A stretch of 21,871 nt of DNA, from assembly GCA_016930515.1 (NCBI GenBank), contig JAFGGO010000013.1:1-21871 (forward strand), read 5' to 3'. Both the position numbers and the translations under genes were made by a program. Of the stretch, positions 8,674 to 17,263 are shown in pieces. Numbering within the stretch: the first letter of the stretch is position 1; each line of letters opens with the position of its first letter. This DNA is from Promethearchaeota archaeon (lineage in GTDB: Archaea > Asgardarchaeota > Lokiarchaeia > Sigyniarchaeales > SOKP01). The notes beneath the pieces were generated by a model that had not been told where the DNA came from, did no database searches, and saw only the letters and a list, made by a program, of their open reading frames with translations.

Positions 8674-9762
8674 TTAAATTTCCCCAATATCAAAAATATC
8701 GCTAGAGAGGTCAACTTCTCCTCTCGAAACATTTGTTCGGAAATTCGAAAGCACAGGTTTTCCAAAAATCTGGGGGGAATGAATGCCCGTTATTAATAGC
8801 ATTACCCTCAAAAATCCGTCAAAATCAGTTGATACTCGCGCGCCCCAGATAACCATGGCGTTGTTATCCATTTTTTCATAAATCTTTTTAGCAACGGAAT
8901 TAGCTTCAGCTAGGGTCATATCGTTTCCGCCACACACATGTATTAGAGCCCCTTTAGCACCTTCGATACTTACATCAAGAAGAGGTGTATTAAGAGCGTC
9001 TGTAATTGCTTCCTCAACTCGGTTATTATCTCCACTTGATTCGCCTATCCCAACAATTGCAACACCCCCCGTACCTAAAATCGTTCGAACATCGGCAAAA
9101 TCAAGATTAATTAAAGAGGGTAAAGATATTGTTTCAGTAATTCCTTTAACCATGGTGGCCAATACTTCATCTGCAACGCTAAAAGCTTCCAGAATGGGCA
9201 AATCTGGAGCAATTTCTAAAAGCCTATTGTTGTCAATAACAACTAGGGTATCGACATATTGTTTCAAGCTATCCAAGCCTCTTTGAGCGATTTCTATCCT
9301 ACCAATTTCGGTTTTAAAAGGTAAAGTTGCAACACCAACTACAATAGCGCCTTCAGATTTTGCTATTTCGGCAACAATTGGAGCGCTACCAGTTCCAGTA
9401 CCACCACCCTCACCACAAGTAATAAACACGAGATCTGTTTCCCTTAATATGGCTTTTAACTCGTCTCGCGATTCTTCTGCTGCTGCTCTCCCTATCTCGG
9501 GATTTCCCCCCGCACCCAAACCGCGCGTTAAATTTTTTCCTATCAATATTTTTCTATGGGCATCGATCATTTCAAGATGTTGATGGTCCGTATTAAGAGC
9601 TATACATTTTGCACCCATAATTCCTATTTTCATGAGCCTATTGATCGTGTTATTTCCAGCACCACCACAACCCATTATTTTAATATTAGCGTAACCCACT
9701 GAAGAATACTTATCTTTAAGAAAAGATTCCCGTTGTCTTGCCTCATTCAATATTCGTTCCAT
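8674..9762 (-). CDS. ftsZ: Cell division GTPase FtsZ
   Basis: GCGGAGNNT, NTD, GLGAG, tubulin signature GGGTGTG, NLDFADV T7 loop, IWGA. Confidence 0.97.
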   Translation of the reverse strand: MERILNEARQRESFLKDKYSSVGYANIKIMGCGGAGNNTINRLMKIGIMGAKCIALNTDHQHLEMIDAHRKILIGKNLTRGLGAGGNPEIGRAAAEESRDELKAILRETDLVFITCGEGGGTGTGSAPIVAEIAKSEGAIVVGVATLPFKTEIGRIEIAQRGLDSLKQYVDTLVVIDNNRLLEIAPDLPILEAFSVADEVLATMVKGITETISLPSLINLDFADVRTILGTGGVAIVGIGESSGDNNRVEEAITDALNTPLLDVSIEGAKGALIHVCGGNDMTLAEANSVAKKIYEKMDNNAMVIWGARVSTDFDGFLRVMLLITGIHSPQIFGKPVLSNFRTNVSRGEVDLSSDIFDIGEI

Positions 9763-9774
9763 TTATTATTACCA

Positions 9775-9817
9775 TTGGTGTTTTTTTAAGTAATTCCTAC
9801 TCAAAAAAAAGCACTAA
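9775..9817 (-). other. Long imperfect hairpin in the ftsZ upstream region
   Basis: Minus strand TTAGTG-C-T8-GAGTAG-GAA-TTACTT-A7-CACCAA, ending 12 nt before the ftsZ ATG. Confidence 0.45.
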
Positions 9818-9898
9818 AAATTCAAAAAATCGTGTAATACAAGGATATTATTCACAATCTTAATCTTTTTATTTAAAACTAATCAAATCATTCATAAT

Positions 9899-11119
9899 TC
9901 ATTTCAAAGAAAAATCACCATCGATATTGCTATCGAAGATTATTTTAACATCATTATTTTTAACAAGATATATTTTAGGAAGAGTGTATGGAAATCTAGT
10001 TGAAAACGTTAGATTGTATGCCCCAACATTTAAAACAAGAACGATATCTCCTTCTATTAATTTTTCGGTAAAAAAATAATATTTCACAAGCACATCTTGT
10101 TCAGAAGGAATGATGCCTGCGATTGAAGTTTTAAATTTATGAGGATTTTCGATTTGAGATGCATTATAAAACCGAAGTGAACTTCGAGCAAATTTAGGAC
10201 AAATATGATTTCCAATATTTAAGAATATCCATCGATCAGGAATAACATTTATAATCCTGGCAATAAATATTCCCGCATCTCCAATAAAATATCTTCCAGG
10301 TTCAAAATATATTTGTTCATAAGAAATTGAAAGCTCTTTTAATCGATTTTTAATTGAAATTGCAATTTTTTCGAGTTGGTTCTTGGGCATAACCGAGGCT
10401 TCGGGAAACCCACCTCCAAGATTAATATTTTTAATTTTTAGACCAAGATTGTCTAATTTTTTAAAATTATTAACCAATATCTCCACATTACTTAAAAATT
10501 GTTCAGGATTATTCATTTGAGAACCGTAATGGGATAATAGCGTTGTTATTTCAATGTTATTACATTCCATTAAGACATCTTTTAAAGCAATTAATCCATC
10601 GGCATCTAAACGAAACCCGAGTTTAGCCCCATATCTCTGGGAATTAACTCTAAGACATATATCTTGAACGATACCGTGATTTTTAGCTATATGGTTAACC
10701 TCTCTAAGATCTTTTATGTTATATATTATAAATTGTTTCACTCTATTTTTTACGCTGTATTCTATCAATTTTTTTGGTAAATAAGGACCGCCAACGAGGA
10801 TATTTTCCGGAAGAACGCCTATACTAAGTGCTAGCTTTAATTCGGGAAAACTTATGACTTCGGCACCTATCCCCTCAGAATTAACGATTTCACAAATTTC
10901 TGAAAGGAAATTAGCCTTATAAGAATAAAAACCGCGGAAATTTTCAAAAATTTTCGAAAAAATATCTTGAAATGTTTTCAGGTTATATCTTATACGATTT
11001 TCTAAAAAGATCATAAGTGGATCTTCGTTATTCTTAAGAAAAGTCTCTAAAGGAACATTATCTAAATATATTTTTCTATCATCCCTTTTAATAAAATTGT
11101 TTCCTCCAATTCTTCTCAT
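9899..11119 (-). CDS. Fold-type III PLP-dependent Orn/DAP/Arg decarboxylase-family protein, atypical
   Basis: YSYKANF (PLP Lys), LRVN, HYGSQ, NLGGGF, EPGRY, GAY. The GPxCxxxD motif reads GIIPSEQD, with no Cys. Confidence 0.82.
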   Translation of the reverse strand: MRRIGGNNFIKRDDRKIYLDNVPLETFLKNNEDPLMIFLENRIRYNLKTFQDIFSKIFENFRGFYSYKANFLSEICEIVNSEGIGAEVISFPELKLALSIGVLPENILVGGPYLPKKLIEYSVKNRVKQFIIYNIKDLREVNHIAKNHGIVQDICLRVNSQRYGAKLGFRLDADGLIALKDVLMECNNIEITTLLSHYGSQMNNPEQFLSNVEILVNNFKKLDNLGLKIKNINLGGGFPEASVMPKNQLEKIAISIKNRLKELSISYEQIYFEPGRYFIGDAGIFIARIINVIPDRWIFLNIGNHICPKFARSSLRFYNASQIENPHKFKTSIAGIIPSEQDVLVKYYFFTEKLIEGDIVLVLNVGAYNLTFSTRFPYTLPKIYLVKNNDVKIIFDSNIDGDFSLK

Positions 11120-12453
11120 GTGTTTTTCTCAATTCCATCTTTAATTAATTTTTTTTCGAATTTTTCATAAATTTTATTATGCATATTCGCAATTATATCC
11201 CAAGTATGATAAGATTTAGTTTTATTACTTCCGTTTCTCCCAAGTCTTTTTCTCAAGCGTTTTTTCTTCAATAATTTAATAACTTTATTAGCAATGTCAA
11301 CAGGGTCATCAAAATTAACTAGATATCCATCAATATTGTTTCTTATAACTTCGGGTGTCGCTCCAATCTTAGCCCCAATAACTGGTTTTCCCGCAGCCCA
11401 TGCTTCTAAAAAAGAAATTCCAAAGGCGTCAGAGCGACTTGGCATTAAATATATATCTGTTTCCTTAAATGCAGCAATTTTTTTCTCGTCAAAATATCCC
11501 TTTAAATTATCTGGAGTGAGATTAATAATTTTTGTTTTAGGATTTTTCTTAATTTTAGATAGTTCCCTGTTATATGCTTCTGTGGTGGGACCAATTAGTA
11601 CGAAGTATACTTTTTTAAAATGTTCCAAGATATAAGGAATTGCTTTTAAAATTGAAATTGCACCTTTTTCGTAATTTTTATATCCACAAAATAAAACCAT
11701 CTTAAATTTTTTTTCTTTAGCGAGAAAATAGTGTTGTTTAAATTGGTAATATTTTCCTTTTTCTTGTGAATTCTTGTTATATTTACTAAAATCAACCCCC
11801 ATTGGAATAACCCTAATCTTTTCGCAAGGAACACCTGCAACCGAAGTTAAAAATTCTTTTTCGGTTTTGGTACAAGCAAGAAGAAGATCAAATTTCTTCA
11901 AAACCTCCATAAGATGCGATTCTGTATATCGAGGATTAGAAAAATGAAAAAAGGGCGTTATAACTACTGGTACTTCAAATTTTTTACCGAGAATAAGACT
12001 CAATATTATGTTAAAATATGGAAAATAAGTTGTATGAATAAGATCAAATTTAAATTCATCTAAATTATAAAAATAATTGATAGCGCTTAACAAAAATGGC
12101 CCATTTTTTAAAATTTCATCCAATAATTCATCGTTTAGTTTTAAATCCTTGTATTCTGGTATGCTTTTAATTAGAGTAACCATTTCATTGTGATTCAGAT
12201 TATATGCTATTGGAAACCTTCGGATTTTAAGACCATTAACTTCTTCGAAGTATTTTTGTTTGGAACTAATTAATTTTCCCCCAGAATCTCTTAAGGATTT
12301 GAAATCTATCGCGTTTGAAGTAGAAATTTCAACATGATAGCTATAATCTGATTTCATCAACTCGGCAATTCTTTGCATATAGAATTCTGCTCCAGATATC
12401 GAAGGAAAGTATCTTGTGGGAAAAAATAGTATCTTTTTCAAAGTTAAAATCAA
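11116..12453 (-). CDS. GT4 family glycosyltransferase
   Basis: YFPSISGAE, IPMGVD, KNYEKG, PSRSDAFGISFLEAWAAGKPVI, GATPEVI. TTG start; an alternative TTG lies at 12441. Confidence 0.9.
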   Translation of the reverse strand: MILTLKKILFFPTRYFPSISGAEFYMQRIAELMKSDYSYHVEISTSNAIDFKSLRDSGGKLISSKQKYFEEVNGLKIRRFPIAYNLNHNEMVTLIKSIPEYKDLKLNDELLDEILKNGPFLLSAINYFYNLDEFKFDLIHTTYFPYFNIILSLILGKKFEVPVVITPFFHFSNPRYTESHLMEVLKKFDLLLACTKTEKEFLTSVAGVPCEKIRVIPMGVDFSKYNKNSQEKGKYYQFKQHYFLAKEKKFKMVLFCGYKNYEKGAISILKAIPYILEHFKKVYFVLIGPTTEAYNRELSKIKKNPKTKIINLTPDNLKGYFDEKKIAAFKETDIYLMPSRSDAFGISFLEAWAAGKPVIGAKIGATPEVIRNNIDGYLVNFDDPVDIANKVIKLLKKKRLRKRLGRNGSNKTKSYHTWDIIANMHNKIYEKFEKKLIKDGIEKNT

Positions 12454-12571
12454 TTATTTTTTAATTAAATATCATATAATTATCATTGCTTATTGTTTCA
12501 ACTATTTTATAAAAACTAGAATTTACCATAAGATTCAATTAATATGTATTAAATATTGTCTAGTGAAAGAG

Positions 12572-12970
12572 ATGCCAATAAATATTCTATCAAAAGTTTT
12601 CCAAGTGGTCATAGAAAAAGGTGTTATTGATGACGAGTTTATAATGTATTTGGATAAACTCATACTTGATAAAAGTAAGAATATTTTTGATGTGATTCAA
12701 AGAGGATTTATAAAATATATTTATAAACCATCAAATATGGTAATTTGGACAGTTAAAGCAAAAAAGAAACAAAAAATGTATTTGATATATCCTAGATTGT
12801 ATTGTTCTTGCCAAGATTTCTATAAATCTGTCGTAATTTTACGAAAACGCTTATTTTGCAAGCATCTTTTAGCTCAAACTATTTGTGAGGCTTTAAACAA
12901 TTTTACTGAAGAACACTTAAAAGATTCTGAATACAGACTAATAATTAAAGAGGCTACCTTAGATGTATAA
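12572..12970 (+). CDS. SWIM zinc-finger protein (Sws1/ZSWIM7-like)
   Basis: YCSCQDF-x(12)-CKHLLA SWIM motif. Start placed at ATG 12572 because the longer ORF from 12416 overlaps the GT4 gene and crosses the AT-rich divergent promoter region. Confidence 0.8.
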   Translation: MPINILSKVFQVVIEKGVIDDEFIMYLDKLILDKSKNIFDVIQRGFIKYIYKPSNMVIWTVKAKKKQKMYLIYPRLYCSCQDFYKSVVILRKRLFCKHLLAQTICEALNNFTEEHLKDSEYRLIIKEATLDV

Positions 12971-13591
12971 AATTTCGGCACGATTAATTGAATCCCGCAC
13001 GAGTGACTCTATATCGATTCTTGATTCTGCAAGTGTTAATTCTTCTATTTTAGCGTGTGTCTCTGGATATTTTGGATTATATTGACATCCTGCAGATTTT
13101 TTTGAGATAATATCATAAGTTTTAATGGTTTGATTAAAAATAATAACATCTTCTTTATTATAACCTATTAAGGGCCGTAGAAGGATATGATCATTTAATA
13201 GCTGATTGTAAGCGTAGAGATTATCAAGAGTTTGGCTAGCTTGTTCCCCTAAAATGTCTCCAGTTACGATAAGGGATGTTTTTTCAAGATCACATGTTTT
13301 TTGAGCAATTCTTATCATTAATCGTTTGCATAAAACACAGGTTAATTTCCGATCGCATTTTTCTATAAGCACCTCTAAATTCGGGTCGTGATTAATGAAA
13401 TAGAGTTTAATTTTTTTATCGCTAAATGAACTTAAGATTTGGAGAATTTTTATGACCTTGTCCTTCATAGAATTCATACTATCATCAGATGTTAAAAAAG
13501 ACAAGCAAATTGGTTCCATTCCCTTTTTTATCATTAAATAAATTGCTATAGGACTATCCAATCCACCAGAAAGTAAGGAAATAAATTTCAT
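12959..13591 (-). CDS. thiI: ThiI-like PP-loop sulfurtransferase, catalytic domain only (no NFLD/THUMP)
   Basis: LLSGGLDSP at the very N-terminus, CVLCKR, TGDILGEQASQTLDN, RPLIG, distal Cys (GCQYNP); 210 aa. Confidence 0.78.
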   Translation of the reverse strand: MKFISLLSGGLDSPIAIYLMIKKGMEPICLSFLTSDDSMNSMKDKVIKILQILSSFSDKKIKLYFINHDPNLEVLIEKCDRKLTCVLCKRLMIRIAQKTCDLEKTSLIVTGDILGEQASQTLDNLYAYNQLLNDHILLRPLIGYNKEDVIIFNQTIKTYDIISKKSAGCQYNPKYPETHAKIEELTLAESRIDIESLVRDSINRAEILYI

Positions 13592-13593
13592 TT

Positions 13594-14217
13594 TTACTCT
13601 TCTAATTCTCCTTTTTTAACTTTAACTCTTAACTCCATTCTTTTCCATTTTTTTAGGGCATTGTTAAAATCTTCAAGGGTTACTTCACGAGCTATTTTAA
13701 TCTTGTTTTCCGCTTCAAGTTTGAGAATTTTATATTGTAATTTTTTATTTTTTTCGTAAAATCGTTTCGCTTTAGGAAATTCCTCAATAAAGATCCCTTC
13801 TAATTCTTTTAAACTTTTACTGGCTAATTCCTCGTAATTATTAATGACAAAATTACATAGGGGGTCAATTGTTATTTCAAATTGGAAAGCATCAAGCCGT
13901 TTTAATGATAAGGGATATGCTTGACATGCGTAAGGTTTATGATCGTGAATAGAACATCCTCTATCGGTTATAAAAAAAGGGCAATGCCCTGAAGGTTCAA
14001 GTATTATTCTATATGTAATTACAATGATCTTAGAATTTAACTCATCTGGAAAGACAAGATCTTCCTTGACAGCAAATCGAATATTATATTCTTTTGCTAT
14101 GCTTATTAACTTATCAACTTCTTCGGGATAAAGAGGAATTCTTTTTGCTCCAGGCTGATTGGGTATCTCAAAGCAGCATGTTCCACATTTTTGACAACTA
14201 TACACTAAATTTGTCAT
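13594..14217 (-). CDS. YkgJ-family cysteine cluster (CxxCxxCC) protein
   Basis: CQKCGTCC...CPF...CSIHDHKPYACQAYP. Confidence 0.88.
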   Translation of the reverse strand: MTNLVYSCQKCGTCCFEIPNQPGAKRIPLYPEEVDKLISIAKEYNIRFAVKEDLVFPDELNSKIIVITYRIILEPSGHCPFFITDRGCSIHDHKPYACQAYPLSLKRLDAFQFEITIDPLCNFVINNYEELASKSLKELEGIFIEEFPKAKRFYEKNKKLQYKILKLEAENKIKIAREVTLEDFNNALKKWKRMELRVKVKKGELEE

Positions 14218-14383
14218 TAATTCTAGAAGTAAATAATAGTTCTTATTTTTTTCAAATAAAAAAAAAATCTATCAAATCCAATAAATTACTATTATGCCGC
14301 ACTCACGAGGATATTACATGAATATAAAAGATTGACTGTAAACATCTTTCTTAACAATCATATAAATATTAAATAATAAAACC

Positions 14384-15211
14384 ATGATAGACGACGAAGA
14401 TGGGATTAGAATAATTAAACATGTTGACTACCAGAAAAGTGATTTTATTAATCCAATTTGCATTCTAGGAATGCCTGGGATCGCTGATGTAGGTAAATTT
14501 GCTTTGGACTCATTAATAGGTCAATTAGATGCAGTTAGTTTTATGGACATCATTTTTGATGACTACCCCGCGGGTGCCATAGTAGACGATAGCATGTTAT
14601 CAGCACCAAAAGCAGAAATTTTGGTATGGAAAGATCCAGAAGAATTACGAGATATCGTATTAATTACGGCCGATGCTCAATCATTAACTCCAAAAGGAAT
14701 ATATAGAATATCGTTCTTTATAACTTCTATATTAAAAGAATTGGGCATATCTTTAATCGTTGCTCTTGGAGCATACCCCGTCGCATCTAGATCCATGAAT
14801 TCAAAAATACCAAGAATTTTTGCTAGTTCTACAAACAAGGAAATGCTTGAAAGTTTTTTAATCGAAGTATCCTGTGAAAAAATACAAAAAGGAGTGATTA
14901 TAGGTGCGAATGGTTTGATACCCACGCTTGCAAAGGCTAGGTTTGGGATCGATGGATTAGTTTTTCTTGCAGAAACGGATAATCTTGCAATGGTTAACGA
15001 AGATATAACTGATTTGAGGGCTTCAATAACATTATTAGAAATGTTAAAGAAATCGTTTACATTACCAATCAAGAAAAATTATTCGCTCGATAATATCGAT
15101 GATATCACAAAAAATCTTCAAAATAAAAGAGAACAGTTAGAAAAGGATCTCGATAGTTTACAAATAGTATCTGCTGATGCTGAAGAAAAGCGTAAATCTC
15201 TTTATATATAA
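14384..15211 (+). CDS. PAC2-family proteasome assembly chaperone/activator (PbaA/PbaB-like) with HbYX tail
   Basis: GMPGIADVGK, ADAQ, ALGAY, IIGANGL, LAET motifs; C-terminus ...SLYI. Confidence 0.87.
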   Translation: MIDDEDGIRIIKHVDYQKSDFINPICILGMPGIADVGKFALDSLIGQLDAVSFMDIIFDDYPAGAIVDDSMLSAPKAEILVWKDPEELRDIVLITADAQSLTPKGIYRISFFITSILKELGISLIVALGAYPVASRSMNSKIPRIFASSTNKEMLESFLIEVSCEKIQKGVIIGANGLIPTLAKARFGIDGLVFLAETDNLAMVNEDITDLRASITLLEMLKKSFTLPIKKNYSLDNIDDITKNLQNKREQLEKDLDSLQIVSADAEEKRKSLYI

Positions 15212-15268
15212 GATAATTTTCTTCATATCATAAAAAAATATTTAATCTATGCCTCATTTAAGTTAATT

Positions 15269-15418
15269 ATGAGCTATGTTTGTGCTAGAAAGAGTTGTGG
15301 TAAGGAAGTATCAAAAAAAGAACTCAACGCTTTGCCAGGGATAAAATGCAGCCACTGTGGTTTTCGAATTTTATACAAAAAAAGACCCGAAATTATAAAA
15401 AGATTAAAGGTTAGGTAA
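15269..15418 (+). CDS. rpo12: RNA polymerase subunit Rpo12 (RpoP); not in ORF track
   Basis: My translation: MSYVCARKSCGKEVSKKELNALPGIKCSHCGFRILYKKRPEIIKRLKVR* (49 aa); CxxCGxRILYKxR signature. Confidence 0.93.
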   Translation: MSYVCARKSCGKEVSKKELNALPGIKCSHCGFRILYKKRPEIIKRLKVR

Positions 15419-15424
15419 GTAATA

Positions 15425-16360
15425 TTAAATTCCATTAGGTATATTACCTTTTAGTTCAAAATTTAAGCTTTTAACTAATTCTTTATACCTATTTCTAATT
15501 GTTGCTTCAGTGACTCCCGTGGCGAGAGAGATTTCTTTTTGGGTTCTATGTTCACCTTCTTGTATTGCAGCAACATAAAGTGCAGCTCCTGCAAGACCCG
15601 TGGGCGCCTTACCCGCGGTTAAACGAGATTTTTTCGCCAGTTCTAATATTAGGGCAGCACGATTTTGTGTTCTGCCTGAAAGGTTCAATTCTGCACAAAA
15701 TCTTGGAACAAAATTAGTAGGAGAGGATACATTGATGTTCAACTTTAATTCCTGTAAAATTAATCGATAACATCGAGCAATTTTTCTTTTATCTACAGAT
15801 GCAAATTCTAAAAAATCTTCGATGGTCTTGGGTATCCTATTCAATCTACAGGACAAATAAATTGACGCTATTAGCATTGCTTCGATAGATCTTCCTCGGA
15901 TTAGGTTTTTATTCGCCATCTTTCTATAGATATAGGCTGCGGATTCTTTAATGTCCTTTGATAGATTTAGTTGAGATGAAAACCTATCTAATTCATTCAT
16001 TGCATGAGCTAGGTTTCTATCGATGGATTTATTAGTTCTTGTTCTAACATTCCATTTCCTTAATCTGTAAACATCAGCCTTCATTTTTGGACTAATATTT
16101 TTTCCAAACGCATCTTTATTCTTCCAACCAATTATCGTGCTAAGACCTTTATCATGTAAGGTCAAGGTAGATGGAGCTCCAACGCGCGCTTTCTTATTTA
16201 ATTCGTCTGATGAAAAAGCTCGCCATTCTGGACCATTATCAATTATTTTTTGGGATATTACTAATCCACAGACGTTACAAGTGATTTCTGCGCGAGATTC
16301 ATCAAGAATCACATCCTTATTGCCACAATCAGAGCAAATGTTTAATTCATCATGAGACAT
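15425..16360 (-). CDS. tfb: Transcription initiation factor TFB (TFIIB)
   Basis: CSDC..CNVC Zn ribbon, GPEWRAF B-reader, LHDKGLST, RGRSIE, GKAPTGLAGAALY, VTEATIRNRYKEL. Confidence 0.97.
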   Translation of the reverse strand: MSHDELNICSDCGNKDVILDESRAEITCNVCGLVISQKIIDNGPEWRAFSSDELNKKARVGAPSTLTLHDKGLSTIIGWKNKDAFGKNISPKMKADVYRLRKWNVRTRTNKSIDRNLAHAMNELDRFSSQLNLSKDIKESAAYIYRKMANKNLIRGRSIEAMLIASIYLSCRLNRIPKTIEDFLEFASVDKRKIARCYRLILQELKLNINVSSPTNFVPRFCAELNLSGRTQNRAALILELAKKSRLTAGKAPTGLAGAALYVAAIQEGEHRTQKEISLATGVTEATIRNRYKELVKSLNFELKGNIPNGI

Positions 16361-16530
16361 TTTTATGTTATTAGAGATAAAACTTCAATTCCTTAAGTTC
16401 TATAATTAAAATAGCACATTTAAATGTTTGCGTTTTAAAGATTTACTGGCTAATAAAAATTAATGAATTTATAATTTGAATCATATTGATGACAAAAATT
16501 TTTAATAGAATGGTTTTTATTGTTTATATA

Positions 16531-16977
16531 ATGCGACATAATTATAAGTCACATGGAAAGCATTGCTATCTCCGCTCATTTAAAACAAAATGCAGGAAAT
16601 GTGGAGACGATGTGCTTTATTGGGAATGTACTCATGGGAGCAAGCTATATTTTAATTATCCGCCATATGGTAAATTGGTCAGACATTATTGTCGGAAGGT
16701 ACCAGATGAAAATCAGAAAAAAAAAAAAGAAATTATCGTAAAAAGACCAATTGGAATTGATAATAAGGAGTCGCCAAGATGCCTTGTATGTGGAAAAATG
16801 TTTAAAAGTGCCCAAGATCTTGAGCAACATTTCAATCAATTAAAAAAATCCGATTATTTGCATCAATTATTCTCAGATTCAGCAATTTCTCCTAAGCAAG
16901 AAAAAAGTGAAGAGAACAGCGAGTATCAACCAAAATTTGGACGAATAAATATAAAAAAGAAAGAACAAAAAAAATAA
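16531..16977 (+). CDS. Hypothetical multi-zinc-finger protein
   Basis: CRKC..CTHG..HYC Cys/His cluster plus C2H2-like CLVCGKMF..L..H. ATG 16531 preferred over TTG 16486. Confidence 0.65.
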   Translation: MRHNYKSHGKHCYLRSFKTKCRKCGDDVLYWECTHGSKLYFNYPPYGKLVRHYCRKVPDENQKKKKEIIVKRPIGIDNKESPRCLVCGKMFKSAQDLEQHFNQLKKSDYLHQLFSDSAISPKQEKSEENSEYQPKFGRINIKKKEQKK

Positions 16978-17263
16978 TCCATTCCTACTTAGCAATCGTA
17001 GAAAATCATTTTTAAAAGTAAAAACTTTAGGAAAATTTTGAAAAAATGATTCATATAAAATAGTGCTTTAAACTGACAAAAAATATGTTATTATGAATCA
17101 CAAAAATCGTAATTTAAATATGTCTAATGTTGATATTTATAGAAATAACATTTACGCTTACAAAAAATTTTTTAAAAGAGTAATTTCATTATATTTATAT
17201 TATATTGTTGTTATCATGTTATTAAAATTATAAAATTGAATTAAACACATACAAGGAAAAATT

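Noticed and set aside
12416-12571. N-terminal extension of the SWIM ORF
   Set aside because: It overlaps the GT4 start and reads as AT-rich intergenic sequence; ATG 12572 is preferred.
14294-14335. 13-codon ORF (MPHSRGYYMNIKD) upstream of PAC2; checked for Nop10
   Set aside because: Too short, with no Nop10 motifs.
16978-17263. Long AT-rich intergenic stretches (also 3726-4020, 17888-18115) checked for CRISPR repeats, IS ends and C/D-box sRNAs
   Set aside because: No periodic repeats, terminal inverted repeats or paired C/D boxes were found by eye.
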